64,000 bases of DNA from an uncultured Actinomycetota bacterium. Lineage in GTDB: Bacteria; Actinomycetota; Acidimicrobiia; Acidimicrobiales; RAAP-2. The stretch is from the NCBI GenBank assembly GCA_963820815.1, contig CAWGBL010000005.1, forward strand, positions 44,424-108,423, read 5' to 3'. Positions 1 to 9,419 of the stretch are shown piece after piece (within the stretch, counting starts at the first letter, position 1; every line of letters begins with the position of its first letter). The notes beneath the pieces were generated by a model, which did no database searches, was not told the origin of the DNA, and worked only from the letters and a program-made list of their open reading frames with translations. Both the position numbers and the translations under genes were made by a program.

Positions 1-4
1 TGGA

Positions 5-1426
5 GTGAGTCGAGCCGCCCGGGCCGCCGCGCTCGCCGCCCTGTGCGTCGCGCTGGGCGCCCCCGCGGGCGCCGTCGCCCCCTCGTGGGGACGCGCGATG
101 TCCGTGCGGCTACCGGCCGGCGGCCTCACGGTGCCCCAGGGCTACCTGCCCGGCCTGGCCTGCCCGACCCAGTCCAGCTGCGTCGCGGTGGGCAACTACT
201 CCGACGGGGCGTCCACGTACGGCCTCGTCTCGGTCGAGCGCGCCGGGGCCTGGCGCGCGGTCCGGATCGCCGCGCCGAGCGACGCGTCGGCCCAGCCGGG
301 GCTGACCCCGACCGCGGTCGCCTGCGGCGCGCCGGGCACCTGCCTGGCCGTCGGCTCGTACCTGGACGGCTCGGACTCGGTGGCGCCCTTCCTCGCGGCC
401 GAGGTCGCCGGACGGTGGGGCGCGGCGACGCGCGCGCCGCTGCCGGCCGACGCCGCGACCGTCGGCCAATCGGCGTTCCTGCGCGCGGTCGCCTGCCCGA
501 GCGCGCGGTGGTGCGTCGCCGTCGGCTCCTACGTCGTGGGGACCTCGGCCTTGCCCGTCGAGGGGCTCGCGGTCGACGGCGCGCCCGGCGCGTGGCGCGC
601 GAGCGCGCTCGACGCGCCCGCCCCGGCCAACGCCGACCCCGCGGTCGCGCTCGGCCAGGTCGCCTGCGCCGCACCGCGCGCGTGCGCCGCCGCCGGGACC
701 GACCTCGGCGCCGACGGCCAGAGCGCCGGCCTGGTGGCCGCCGACTCGTCGGGCGCGTGGTCGACCTCGGCCCTCGCGCTGCCCCCCGACGCGTCGGCCT
801 ACCCGGCGATCGACGTCGCGGGCGTCGCCTGCCCGGGCGCGGCGTCGTGCGTCGCGGCCGGCGCCTACGAGACCGCGACGGGAGGGCGCCACGCCTTCGC
901 GACGTCGCTCGCCACCGGCGTCGCGACCGAGGTCGCGATGCCGGCGGGAGCCGCGGCCAACCCGCGGGTCTTCTTCTACGGCTTCTCCGACCTGGCCTGC
1001 GCGACCCCCGGCCAGTGCGCGTTCGGCGGCCAGTACCGCGACGCCCAGGGCCGCTACCAGGGCTTCCTCGCCGACGACGTCGGCGGGGCGTGGCGCGCCG
1101 CGACCCGGCTGCGCCTGCCCGCGGGCGCGGCCCAGGCCGGGCACAACGGCGGGGTCGTCGCGGTCGCCTGCCCGGGGGTCGGGTCCTGCCGGGCGGGCGC
1201 CGCCTACCTCGACGCGCGCGGGCGCTACCAGGCCTACGTCGTGGGCGAGCGCGCCAACGCCTGGACCGAGGCCACGACCCTGGCGTTGCCGGGGCGCTCG
1301 ACGACCGTCGGGGTCGACGGCGGCGTCTACGGGCTGGCCTGCGCGAGCTACTCGCGCTGCACCGCGGCCGGCAGCTACCTGGACCACGGCTCGATCTACC
1401 AGGGCTTCATCGCGCGCCTGGGCTAG
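5..1426 (+). CDS. Secreted Cys-repeat protein, probable beta-propeller
   Basis: N-terminal signal-like sequence; eight AC-x5-C-x-(A/F)-x-G-like repeats about 55 aa apart; GC3-rich codons. Confidence 0.75.
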   Translation: MSRAARAAALAALCVALGAPAGAVAPSWGRAMSVRLPAGGLTVPQGYLPGLACPTQSSCVAVGNYSDGASTYGLVSVERAGAWRAVRIAAPSDASAQPGLTPTAVACGAPGTCLAVGSYLDGSDSVAPFLAAEVAGRWGAATRAPLPADAATVGQSAFLRAVACPSARWCVAVGSYVVGTSALPVEGLAVDGAPGAWRASALDAPAPANADPAVALGQVACAAPRACAAAGTDLGADGQSAGLVAADSSGAWSTSALALPPDASAYPAIDVAGVACPGAASCVAAGAYETATGGRHAFATSLATGVATEVAMPAGAAANPRVFFYGFSDLACATPGQCAFGGQYRDAQGRYQGFLADDVGGAWRAATRLRLPAGAAQAGHNGGVVAVACPGVGSCRAGAAYLDARGRYQAYVVGERANAWTEATTLALPGRSTTVGVDGGVYGLACASYSRCTAAGSYLDHGSIYQGFIARLG

Positions 1427-1433
1427 GGCGAGG

Positions 1434-1499
1434 TTTCATCTGCCGGTCGTCGCGCGTTCTTCGCGCGGTCACCCGGGCGTAACCCGGCGTCGGTAGGTT
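1434..1499 (+). promoter_or_regulatory. Five 11-bp-phased direct repeats (PHO-box/OmpR-family-like) plus TAGGTT -10
   Basis: TTTCATC(1434), GGTCGTC(1445), GTTCTTC(1456), GGTCACC(1467), CGTAACC(1478); TAGGTT at 1494-1499. Confidence 0.55.
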
Positions 1500-1573
1500 C
1501 GCGCCGTGGCCCAGCTCCGACCCACCTCCCTCCCGGGTCCTCGAGGGACGGCCACACCCCGCAGGGCGCGGCC

Positions 1574-2266
1574 GTGAGCGGCCCCGACGCCCGGTCGACC
1601 GTCCTGGTGGTCGAGGACGAGGACTCCTACCTCGACGCCCTCAACGTCGGCCTCACCGTCGAGGGCTTCGACGTGGTGGGCGCGAGCACGATCACCGAGG
1701 CCCGGCGCCTGCTGGCCGAGTCGACGCCCGACCTGGTGCTCCTGGACGTGATGCTGCCCGACGGCTCGGGCATCGACTTCTGCCGCGAGGTCCACAGCGC
1801 GAGCCACGTCCCGGTGATCATGGTCAGCGCGCGCACCAGCGAGGTCGACGTCGTGCTCGGTCTGGAGATCGGCGCGGCCGACTACGTGACCAAGCCCTAC
1901 CGGCTGCGCGAGCTGGTCGCGCGCATGCGCGCCGTGCTGCGCCGCCCCGGGGCCAACGGCGACGCCGACGCGGTCACCTTCGGCGAGCTGCGCCTCGACC
2001 CGGCGCGCCGCACGCTCACCCGGCGCGGCCGCGAGATCGAGCTCAGCCGCAAGGAGTTCGACCTGCTCGCGCTCTTCGCGTCGCGCCTCGACCAGGTCGT
2101 GACGCGCGAGGTCTGCCTCGACACCCTCTGGTGGGGCCTCGAGCTCTCCGACACCCGCACCCTCGACACGCACGTCAAGCGGCTGCGCCAGAAGATCGAG
2201 GACGACCCGGCGCACCCGCGCCACCTGATCACCATCCGCGGGGTGGGGTTCCGCCTCGACCCGTAG
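1574..2266 (+). CDS. OmpR/PhoB-family response regulator, RegX3-like
   Basis: Receiver motifs VVEDED, LLDVMLP, ADYVTKPY; winged helix with DTRTLDTHVKRLRQKIE and TIRGVGFR. Confidence 0.9.
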   Translation: MSGPDARSTVLVVEDEDSYLDALNVGLTVEGFDVVGASTITEARRLLAESTPDLVLLDVMLPDGSGIDFCREVHSASHVPVIMVSARTSEVDVVLGLEIGAADYVTKPYRLRELVARMRAVLRRPGANGDADAVTFGELRLDPARRTLTRRGREIELSRKEFDLLALFASRLDQVVTREVCLDTLWWGLELSDTRTLDTHVKRLRQKIEDDPAHPRHLITIRGVGFRLDP

Positions 2267-2275
2267 GCTCCGCGC

Positions 2276-2722
2276 GTGCAGCGCGGTGACGTCGCCCCGG
2301 ACTTCACCCTCGACGACGACGCCGGCGAGCCCCGGTCGCTCTCGGGGCTGCTGGGCTCCGGCCCGGTCGTCCTGTTCTTCTACCCCGCGGCCGCGACGAC
2401 CGGCTGCACCCGCGAGGCCTGCCACTTCCGCGACCTGGCCGCCGAGTTCGCCGCGCTCGGCGCGACGCCGGTCGGGGTCTCGATGGACCGCGTCGAGCGC
2501 CAGCGCGAGTTCAGCGCCGCCAACGGCTTCTCCTTCCCGCTGCTGGCCGACGTCGACGGCGCGGTCGCGCGCGCCTACGGCGTCAAGCGCCCGCTCGACG
2601 TGCTCAAGGTGAGGCGCACGACCTTCGTCATCGGCGCCGACGGCGTCGTCCTCGAGGTCATCGCCAGCGAGCTGCGCATGGAGGCCCACGCCGACGGCGC
2701 GCTGGCCGCGCTGCGCTCCTAG
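2276..2722 (+). CDS. bcp: Peroxiredoxin, BCP/PrxQ family
   Basis: FFYPAAATTGCTREAC active site; APDFTL N-terminus; RRTTFVIG. Confidence 0.9.
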   Translation: MQRGDVAPDFTLDDDAGEPRSLSGLLGSGPVVLFFYPAAATTGCTREACHFRDLAAEFAALGATPVGVSMDRVERQREFSAANGFSFPLLADVDGAVARAYGVKRPLDVLKVRRTTFVIGADGVVLEVIASELRMEAHADGALAALRS

Positions 2723-3105
2723 CGCGCCTCGGGCACGATCAGCACCGGCACGACCGAGCGCTCGGCCAGCTCCAGGCTCGTCGAGCCCAGCATGAGGCCG
2801 GTCCGCTTGCCGTGGCCGCGCGAGCCCACCACGACGAGGTCGGCGCCGGCGGCCTCGCGTAGCAGGACGCTGGTCGGCTCGCCCTGGTCGGCCAGCCAGG
2901 CCACGTCGGCGACGCCCCGGTCGGCCGCGAGCGCGGAGAGCTCGGCCGGCAGCGCGGTGGCGTCGACCCCCTCGTAGCGCTCGATGAGCCCCACGGCGTG
3001 CACGAACGTGACCGACGCCCCGGCGGCCGCCGCCAGGTCGAGCGCGACGCGCGCCGCGGCGAGCGCGGCCGGCGAGCCGTCGTAGCCGGCGACGACGCGC
3101 CTCAT
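2719..3105 (-). CDS. Universal stress protein (UspA domain)
   Basis: MRRVVAGYDGS, ADLVVVGSRGHG, LMLGSTS, VPVLIV; ATG overlaps the deacetylase stop (ATGA). Confidence 0.9.
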   Translation of the reverse strand: MRRVVAGYDGSPAALAAARVALDLAAAAGASVTFVHAVGLIERYEGVDATALPAELSALAADRGVADVAWLADQGEPTSVLLREAAGADLVVVGSRGHGKRTGLMLGSTSLELAERSVVPVLIVPEAR

Positions 3106-4118
3106 CGCTCCCCCAGCGCGCGCGCCCGCTCGCGCGCCGCGTCGGCGACGGCCTGCGCGCCCGGTCCGCCGGCGGTCGGCGCCTCGGCGGGCTCGCCGGC
3201 GCCGAGCAGCGCGCCGAGCGCCGCCGCGGTCGAGTTGCGCAGCGCGGCCAGGTCGTAGCCGCCCTCGAGGAAGAGGGCGACGCGCGAGCGGCCCGGCCCG
3301 AGCCCCGCCGCGTCCAGGGCCAGCGCGGCGTAGTCCCCGGCCGACCAGGCCAGGTCGGCCAGCGGGTCGGACCGGTGGGCGTCGAAGCCCGCCGAGACCA
3401 GCACCCAGGTGGGGTCGAAGCCCGCGGCGGCCGGCGCGACCACGTCGGCCAGCCCCGCGCGCGCGACGTCGCCGGTCGCCCCGGCGGGCAGCGGCACGTT
3501 CACGGTCAGCCCTGTCGCGCCCCCGCCCCCGACCTCGCCGGCCGCGCCGCTGCCGGGGTAGAGCGGCCACTGGTGCAGCGACACGTAGAGGACCCGGTGC
3601 TCGTCCCAGAAGATCGCCTGGGTGCCGTTGCCGTGGTGGACGTCCCAGTCGACGATGGCGACGCGCTCGCCGCGCCCCACCAGCGCCGCCGCGGCGACGG
3701 CCACGTTGTTGAGCAGGCAGAAGCCCATCGCCCGGTCGGCCGTGGCGTGGTGGCCCGGCGGACGCGCCACGACGAGGCCGACCGCGTCGTCGCGCGACGC
3801 CATCTCGTCGACGACGGCCAGGCCGGCGCCGGCCGCCTCGACCGCGGCGCCCCACGACCCGTAGGTGGCGTAGGTGTCGGGGTCGATGTCGCCGCCGCCG
3901 TTGTAGCAGAACACCCCGAGGTCGTCGAGGTACGCCTCGTCGTGCACGCGCGCGAGCTCGGCGCGCGTGGCCGCGCGCCGGGGGACCTCGACGAGGTCGC
4001 TGCCGAGGCCCAGGTCGGCCACCCCCTGCATCACCGCGGCCACGCGGTCGGGCCGCTCGGGGTGGCCCGGCTCGGCGTGGCGCTCGTGGTCGTGCAGCTG
4101 GTTGACGACGAGCCTCAC
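3102..4118 (-). CDS. Zn-dependent histone deacetylase-family protein
   Basis: HPERPDR, RPPGHH, GFCLLNN, DWDVHHGNGTQ, SAGFDAH, LEGGY. Confidence 0.93.
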   Translation of the reverse strand: MRLVVNQLHDHERHAEPGHPERPDRVAAVMQGVADLGLGSDLVEVPRRAATRAELARVHDEAYLDDLGVFCYNGGGDIDPDTYATYGSWGAAVEAAGAGLAVVDEMASRDDAVGLVVARPPGHHATADRAMGFCLLNNVAVAAAALVGRGERVAIVDWDVHHGNGTQAIFWDEHRVLYVSLHQWPLYPGSGAAGEVGGGGATGLTVNVPLPAGATGDVARAGLADVVAPAAAGFDPTWVLVSAGFDAHRSDPLADLAWSAGDYAALALDAAGLGPGRSRVALFLEGGYDLAALRNSTAAALGALLGAGEPAEAPTAGGPGAQAVADAARERARALGER

Positions 4119-4666
4119 GCGACCCCGATCGGGAAGGTGAGGAAGACGACGCCGTCGTCGAGGGTGCGCGCGACGTCGTAGCCCGACGCGGCGAAGAGCC
4201 CCAGCATCGACCGGTTGTCGGCCTGGGTCTCGGCGCAGAAAGTGTCGAGGCCGCGCACGCGCGCCACCTCGACCAGGGCCTCGAGCAGCGTCGCGCCGAG
4301 CCCCTGGTGCTGGCGGTCGTCGGTCACCAGGAAGGCGACCTCGGCCCGGGTCGTGCCGGGGTAGCGGTCGTAGCGCGCGACGCCCTCGATGCCGCCCTCG
4401 TCGACGAGGATGAACGCCATCCGGCTGTCGTAGTCGACGGTGGTCAGGTGCACCACCTCGGCCGCCGAGAGAACCGGGTGCAGCGAGAAGTAGCGGCGGT
4501 AGACCGACTGCTCGCTGAGGCGGTTGTGGAACTCGACGAGGGCGTCGGCGTCGCCCGGGCGGATGGGGCGCAGCTCGTACTCGCGGCCGTCACGCGAGGT
4601 GATCGTGCGCGCCCAGTTCGCCGGGTAGCCGTCGGCGGCGACGGCTCCGGTCGCGTCCGTGTCGCC
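4115..4666 (-). CDS. Stand-alone GNAT acetyltransferase resembling the protein lysine acetyltransferase (Pat) GNAT domain; start uncertain
   Basis: Frame is open from 4666: YPANWARTITSRDGREYELRPIRPGDADALVEFHNRLSEQSVYRRYFS...GVARY...AEVAFLV...QHQGLGATLL...DNRSML; no canonical start before GTG 4456. Confidence 0.8.
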   Translation of the reverse strand, partial: GDTDATGAVAADGYPANWARTITSRDGREYELRPIRPGDADALVEFHNRLSEQSVYRRYFSLHPVLSAAEVVHLTTVDYDSRMAFILVDEGGIEGVARYDRYPGTTRAEVAFLVTDDRQHQGLGATLLEALVEVARVRGLDTFCAETQADNRSMLGLFAASGYDVARTLDDGVVFLTFPIGVA

Positions 4667-6072
4667 CTACCCGACGATGAGGGCCGGCGCGGGGTCCTCG
4701 AGGAAGTCGGCGACGTGGCGCAGCACGCGGCTGGCCATCGCGCCGTCGACCATGCGGTGGTCGAAGCTCATGGCGACCTCCATCACCTGGCGCACCACGA
4801 GGTCGCCGTCGACGACCCAGGGCGAGGGGCGGACCACGCCGATCGCCACGATCGCGCCGGTCCCCGGGGGCAGGATCGGCATCGCGGCGTCGACGCGCAT
4901 CGGCCCGACGTTGGTGATGGTGATCGTCGTGCCGATCATCTCGGCCGGGGTCGTCGCGTCGGTCCGGGCCTTGTCGACCAGCTCGTTGATCGCCTGGGCC
5001 ATGCCCACGAGGTCGAGCTGGTCGGCGCCCTTGATGTTGGGCACGATCAGGCCCCGGGCGTGTCGGCGGCGATCCCGAGGTTGACCACCCGGCGCACGAC
5101 GACCTCCTGGGCGGCGTCGTCGAAGCTCGAGTTGATCCCGGGGAAGTGGCGCGCCGCGTCGCACAGCGCCATCGCCGATCAGCGTCAGCGGGCGAGAGCC
5201 GCAGGCCGTCGAGGCTCGGGTGGGCCTTGAGCGACGCGAGCAGGTCGATCGTGCGCGTCACGTCGACGCGCACCCACACCGCGGCGTGGGGCGCGGTGAA
5301 CGCGCTGTGCGCCATCGACTCGGCCATCGCGCGCAGCACCCCGCGCACCGGGATCCGCTCCTCGGCCGGCCCGGTCGTCCCAGCGGTGCGAGGTCGTGGC
5401 CGACGAACCGCGACGGACGCCGGCGCGGCCGGCGCGGCCCGGCGAGGCGCGCCGGCGCCGGCGAGCGCGCGCTCGACGTCGTCGCGCGTGATCAGGCCGT
5501 CGCGGCCCGGTGCCGGCCAGCGTCGCGAGGTCCAGGCCGTGCTGCTTGGCGTAGAGGCGCACCGGCGGGGTCGAGCGCGGCGCGAGCGCCGGGCGTGGCC
5601 GTCGCCGGGCGCCGGGGCGGCGGCGGCCGGCGCGGCCGCCGGGGCCGGCGGCGCGCCGCGCGTCGACGGTGCGCCGCGTGGGCGGCCCTCGTCCACCCGA
5701 CGCCGTAGCCGATGAGGACGGCCTGGCGCCGGGGCGACTCGGGGTCGGGCGACTCCTCGGCGAGGACCTCGGCCGGGGCGGACGGCGCCTCGGCCTTCGG
5801 CGCCGCCTTCGCCGGCGCGTCGCCCGCGCCCTCGACCTCGAAGGTGATGAGCGGGTGGTCGACCTCGACGACGTCGCCGACGGCTGCCGTGGAGCGCCAT
5901 GACCGTCCCGTCGTAGGGGCTCGGCAGCTCGACGGTCGCCTTGGCCGTCTCGATGTCGACGATCGGCTGGTTGAGCGTCACCGTGTCGCCGACCGCGACC
6001 TTCCACGTGACGATCTCGGCCTCGGTCAGGCCCTCGCCGACGTCGGGCAGGTGGAAGACGCGCTCGCCCGAC
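4667..6072 (-). CDS. 2-oxoacid dehydrogenase E2, dihydrolipoamide acyltransferase (several indels, probably sequence errors)
   Basis: Lipoyl domain LPDVGEGLTEAEI...IETAKATVELPSPY; PPVRLYAK binding domain; C-terminal SFDHRMVDGA. Confidence 0.88.
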
Positions 6073-7063
6073 TCAGTAGGCTCATCACGCGGTCGACCGC
6101 GTCGAGGACGCGGTCGACGCTCGGCCGGTAGTCCTCCTCGATGCGCGTCGGCGGGTACGGGCACGTGGTAGCCGCAGACGCGCAGCCCCGGCGCGCGCAG
6201 CGAGTAGAAGCACCGCTCGGTCAGGCGTGCGCGACGATCTCGGAGCCGATCGACGCCGTCTGGGGCGCCTCGTGGACGACGACGAGGCGGCCGGTCTTCT
6301 CGATCGAGGCGGCGATCGTCTCGACGTCGAGCGGCGCGATCGAGCGCGCGTCGATCACCTCGATCGACTACGCCCTCGGCCTCGGCGGCCTCGGCGGCGC
6401 GCAGCGCGGTCTTGACCTCGGCCGCCGTAGGCGACGAGCGTCACGTCGGTGCCGGCGCGGCGCACGACCGCGTCGAAGAGCCCGAGCCGGGGGCGCGTCG
6501 AGGTCGACCTCGCCCTTCTCCCAGTAGCGGCACTTCGGCTCGAAGAAGATGATCGGGTCGTCGTAGTCGATCGACTGCTGGATCATCCAGTAGGCGTCGT
6601 TCGGCGTCGAGCACGACACGACGCGCAGCCCGGCGGTGTGCGCGAAGTAGGCCTCCGGGCTCTCGGAGTGGTGCTCGATCGCGCCGATGCCGCCCTGGAA
6701 GGGGATGCGGATCACCAGCGCCATCGTGTAGACGCCCTCGGAGCGCGTGTGCAGCTTGGCCACCTGGGAGACGATCTGGTCGAAGGCCGGGTAGACGAAG
6801 CCGTCGAACTGGATCTCGACACACGGCGCGGTAGCCGCGCATCGGCCAGGCCGACCGCGGTGCCGACGATCGCCGACTCGCCGAGCGGCGAGTCGATGAC
6901 GCGGTCCTCGCCGAAGTCCTTCTGCAGGCCGTCGGTGACGCGGAAGACGCCGCCGAGCTTGCCGATGTCCTCGCCCATGAGCAGGACCTTGGGGTTGTCC
7001 TCCATCGCGCGTGCGCAGCCCCTCGTTGAGCGCCTTGGCCATCGTCATCGTGGTGGTCGCCAT
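6073..7063 (-). CDS. 2-oxoacid (pyruvate/branched-chain) dehydrogenase E1 beta (frameshifted in this sequence)
   Basis: [54 protein letters not shown] across frames. Confidence 0.88.
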
Positions 7064-8133
7064 CAGGCTCCCCTTCGAGACGCCGAGCTCGATCATCTCG
7101 CGCCGCCCCTCGTCGATGAGCGGGTGCGGCGCGGCGTAGGCGTGGTCGAACATCGGTGATCGGGTCGGGCGCGCCCATGGCCAGGACGTCCTCGCGCAGC
7201 GCGAGTGCGATGACGTCGGCCTCGGCCGCGACCTCGTCGAAGTCCGCGCTTCTTCTTCTTGAACTCGCGGCTCAGCAGGGCCTTGACCCGCTCGATCGGG
7301 TCGCGGTGCTTCCAGACCTCGACCTCGGCGTCGACGCGGTAGCGCGTCGGGTCGTCGGACGTCGTGTGCGCGCCCATCCGGTAGGTGTAGGCCTCGATGC
7401 AGCGTCGGGCCGCCGCCCTCGCGCGCGCGAGTCGAGCGCGCGCTTGGACACCTCGTAGATCGCGAGCACGTCGTTGCCGTCGACGCGCACGCCCGGGAAG
7501 CCGAAGCCGTGGGCGCGGTGGTACAGCGGGATCTTGAACTGGAGGCTCGACGGCTCGCTGATCGCCCACTGGTTGTTCTGGCAGAGGAAGACGATCGGCG
7601 CGTTGAAGCTGGCCGCCCAGACAAAGGACTCGAGGACGTCGCCCTGGCTCGACGCGCCGTCGCCGAAGAACGTGAGCACCGCCTCCTCGGCGCCGTCACG
7701 CTGGACGCCCATGGCGTAGCCGACGGCGTGGAGCGCCTGGTTGCCGAGCACGACGGTCGGCACGCTGTGGCGGTAGCGCTGGGGGTCCCAGCCGCCGTTG
7801 GAGGTCGCGCGAAAGAGCCGCAGCATGTCGGCCGGCGGCACGCCGCGGCACCAGGCGATCCCGTGCTCGCGGTAGGTCGGGAAGGTGAAGTCGGTGTCGT
7901 GCGAGCGCGCGTCCCGGGCCGATCTGCGCGGCCTCCTGGCCGTCGACCGGCGCCCACAGGGCCAGCTGGCCCTGGCGCTGGAGGCTCGTCGACTCGACCG
8001 AGATGCGTCGGACGATGACCATGTCGCGGTACATCGCGAAGATCTCGTCGCCGCTCAGGCTCGACTCGTAGTCGGGGTTGGCGACGCGCTCCCCCTCGGG
8101 GCTGAGCAGCTGCACCAGCTGTTCCTCGGCCAC
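7063..8133 (-). CDS. 2-oxoacid dehydrogenase E1 alpha (frameshifted in this sequence)
   Basis: LQRQGQLALW...GQEAAQIG, TPP motif FGDGASSQGD...QNNQWAIS, YRMGAHTTSDDPTRYR. Confidence 0.9.
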
Positions 8134-8198
8134 GCAACACCCCCTCTCTCGGGCCTCGCAACATTACCGCCCGCGCATTGACCGGGCGCCGGCCGTGG

Positions 8199-9230
8199 TC
8201 AGCGGCGCAGGCTGACGCGCCGGCCGCGCGCGACCGCGGCCAGCTGGCCGCAGGCCGCGTCGATGGACCGGCCGCGCGTCGCGCGCACGCTCGCGGCGAC
8301 CCCGGCCGCCTCGAGCCGGTCGCGGAACTCGCGCACGCGCGACGCCGGGCTGCCGCGCACCAGGTAGCCCGGCGTCGGGTTGAGCGGGATCAGGTTGACG
8401 TGGGCGCCGACGCGCGAGGCCAGCGCCGCGAGCCCGTCGGCGTCGTCGTCGCCGTCGTTCACCGCGTCGATGAGGGCCCACTCGAAGCTGACCCGCCGGC
8501 CGGTCGCCTCGATCCAGCGCTCCAGCGCGGCCATCAGGCGCTCGATGGGGTACCGGGCGTTGAGCGGCACCAGCGTCGAGCGCTTCTCGTCGGTCGCGGC
8601 GTGCAGCGAGAGCGCGAGCGTGATCGCCAGGTCCTCTGTCGCCAATCGCTCGATCGCCGGGGCGACCCCGACGGTCGAGACCGTGAGGTGGCGCGCCGAG
8701 AGCCCGAAGTCGTCGCGCAGGCGTCGCAGCGCCGCGACGGTCACGGCGTAGTTGGCCAGGGGCTCGCCCATGCCCATGAAGACAACGTTGGAGAGCCGGC
8801 GCGGCGCGGCCGCGCGCGCGGCGCGCGCGACCTGCTCGAGGACCTCGCCGAGCCGGAGCTGCCGGGTGAATCCCGCCTGGCCGGTCGCGCAGAACGTGCA
8901 GCCCATCGCGCACCCCGCCTGGGACGAGACGCAGACCGTGACCCGGTCCTCGTAGGCCATGAGGACCGTCTCGACCGTCGCACCGCCCTCGAGCGCGAAG
9001 AGCCACTTGCGCGTCGCACCGCCGTCGGTGACTCGCTCGGCGGCGACGCTCAGCGACGGCGGGAACGCCTCGGCCAGGCGCGCGCGAAGTCGCGCGGGCA
9101 GCGCCGTCGCGTCGGAGATGTCCGCGCGCTCGACGTAGAGCGCGCGCCACGCCTGGTCGACGCGGTATCGCGGCTCGCCGACGAGTTCGGCCGCGAGCTC
9201 CTCGCGCGTCAAATCGAAGGGCGAGGACAC
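8199..9230 (-). CDS. rlmN: Dual-specificity RNA methyltransferase RlmN
   Basis: CVSSQAGCAMGCTFCATG radical SAM motif, MGMGEP, SLHA, NLIPLN, DAACGQL. Confidence 0.93.
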   Translation of the reverse strand: MSSPFDLTREELAAELVGEPRYRVDQAWRALYVERADISDATALPARLRARLAEAFPPSLSVAAERVTDGGATRKWLFALEGGATVETVLMAYEDRVTVCVSSQAGCAMGCTFCATGQAGFTRQLRLGEVLEQVARAARAAAPRRLSNVVFMGMGEPLANYAVTVAALRRLRDDFGLSARHLTVSTVGVAPAIERLATEDLAITLALSLHAATDEKRSTLVPLNARYPIERLMAALERWIEATGRRVSFEWALIDAVNDGDDDADGLAALASRVGAHVNLIPLNPTPGYLVRGSPASRVREFRDRLEAAGVAASVRATRGRSIDAACGQLAAVARGRRVSLRR

Positions 9231-9419
9231 TCGGCCACGCTACGCGCGGCCCCGCCCGCCGGCCCCGGTCGGGCCGCGGTAGTGCTGGCACGAGACGTCC
9301 TCGACGGCTAGCCACCTTGGGTCGGCCCCGCGGGGCGGCCACGCTGGCGACCACGGCGCCGCGCCGCGGCCGGTGGCGCCGAGACGAGGGGACACTGTGC
9401 GCGACTGCGGACCTCCCTG

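Noticed and set aside
4667-4669. Pyrrolysine or genome-wide amber recoding
   Set aside because: TAG is the commonest true stop in the window and no pyl genes are seen; only local readthrough remains a remote option
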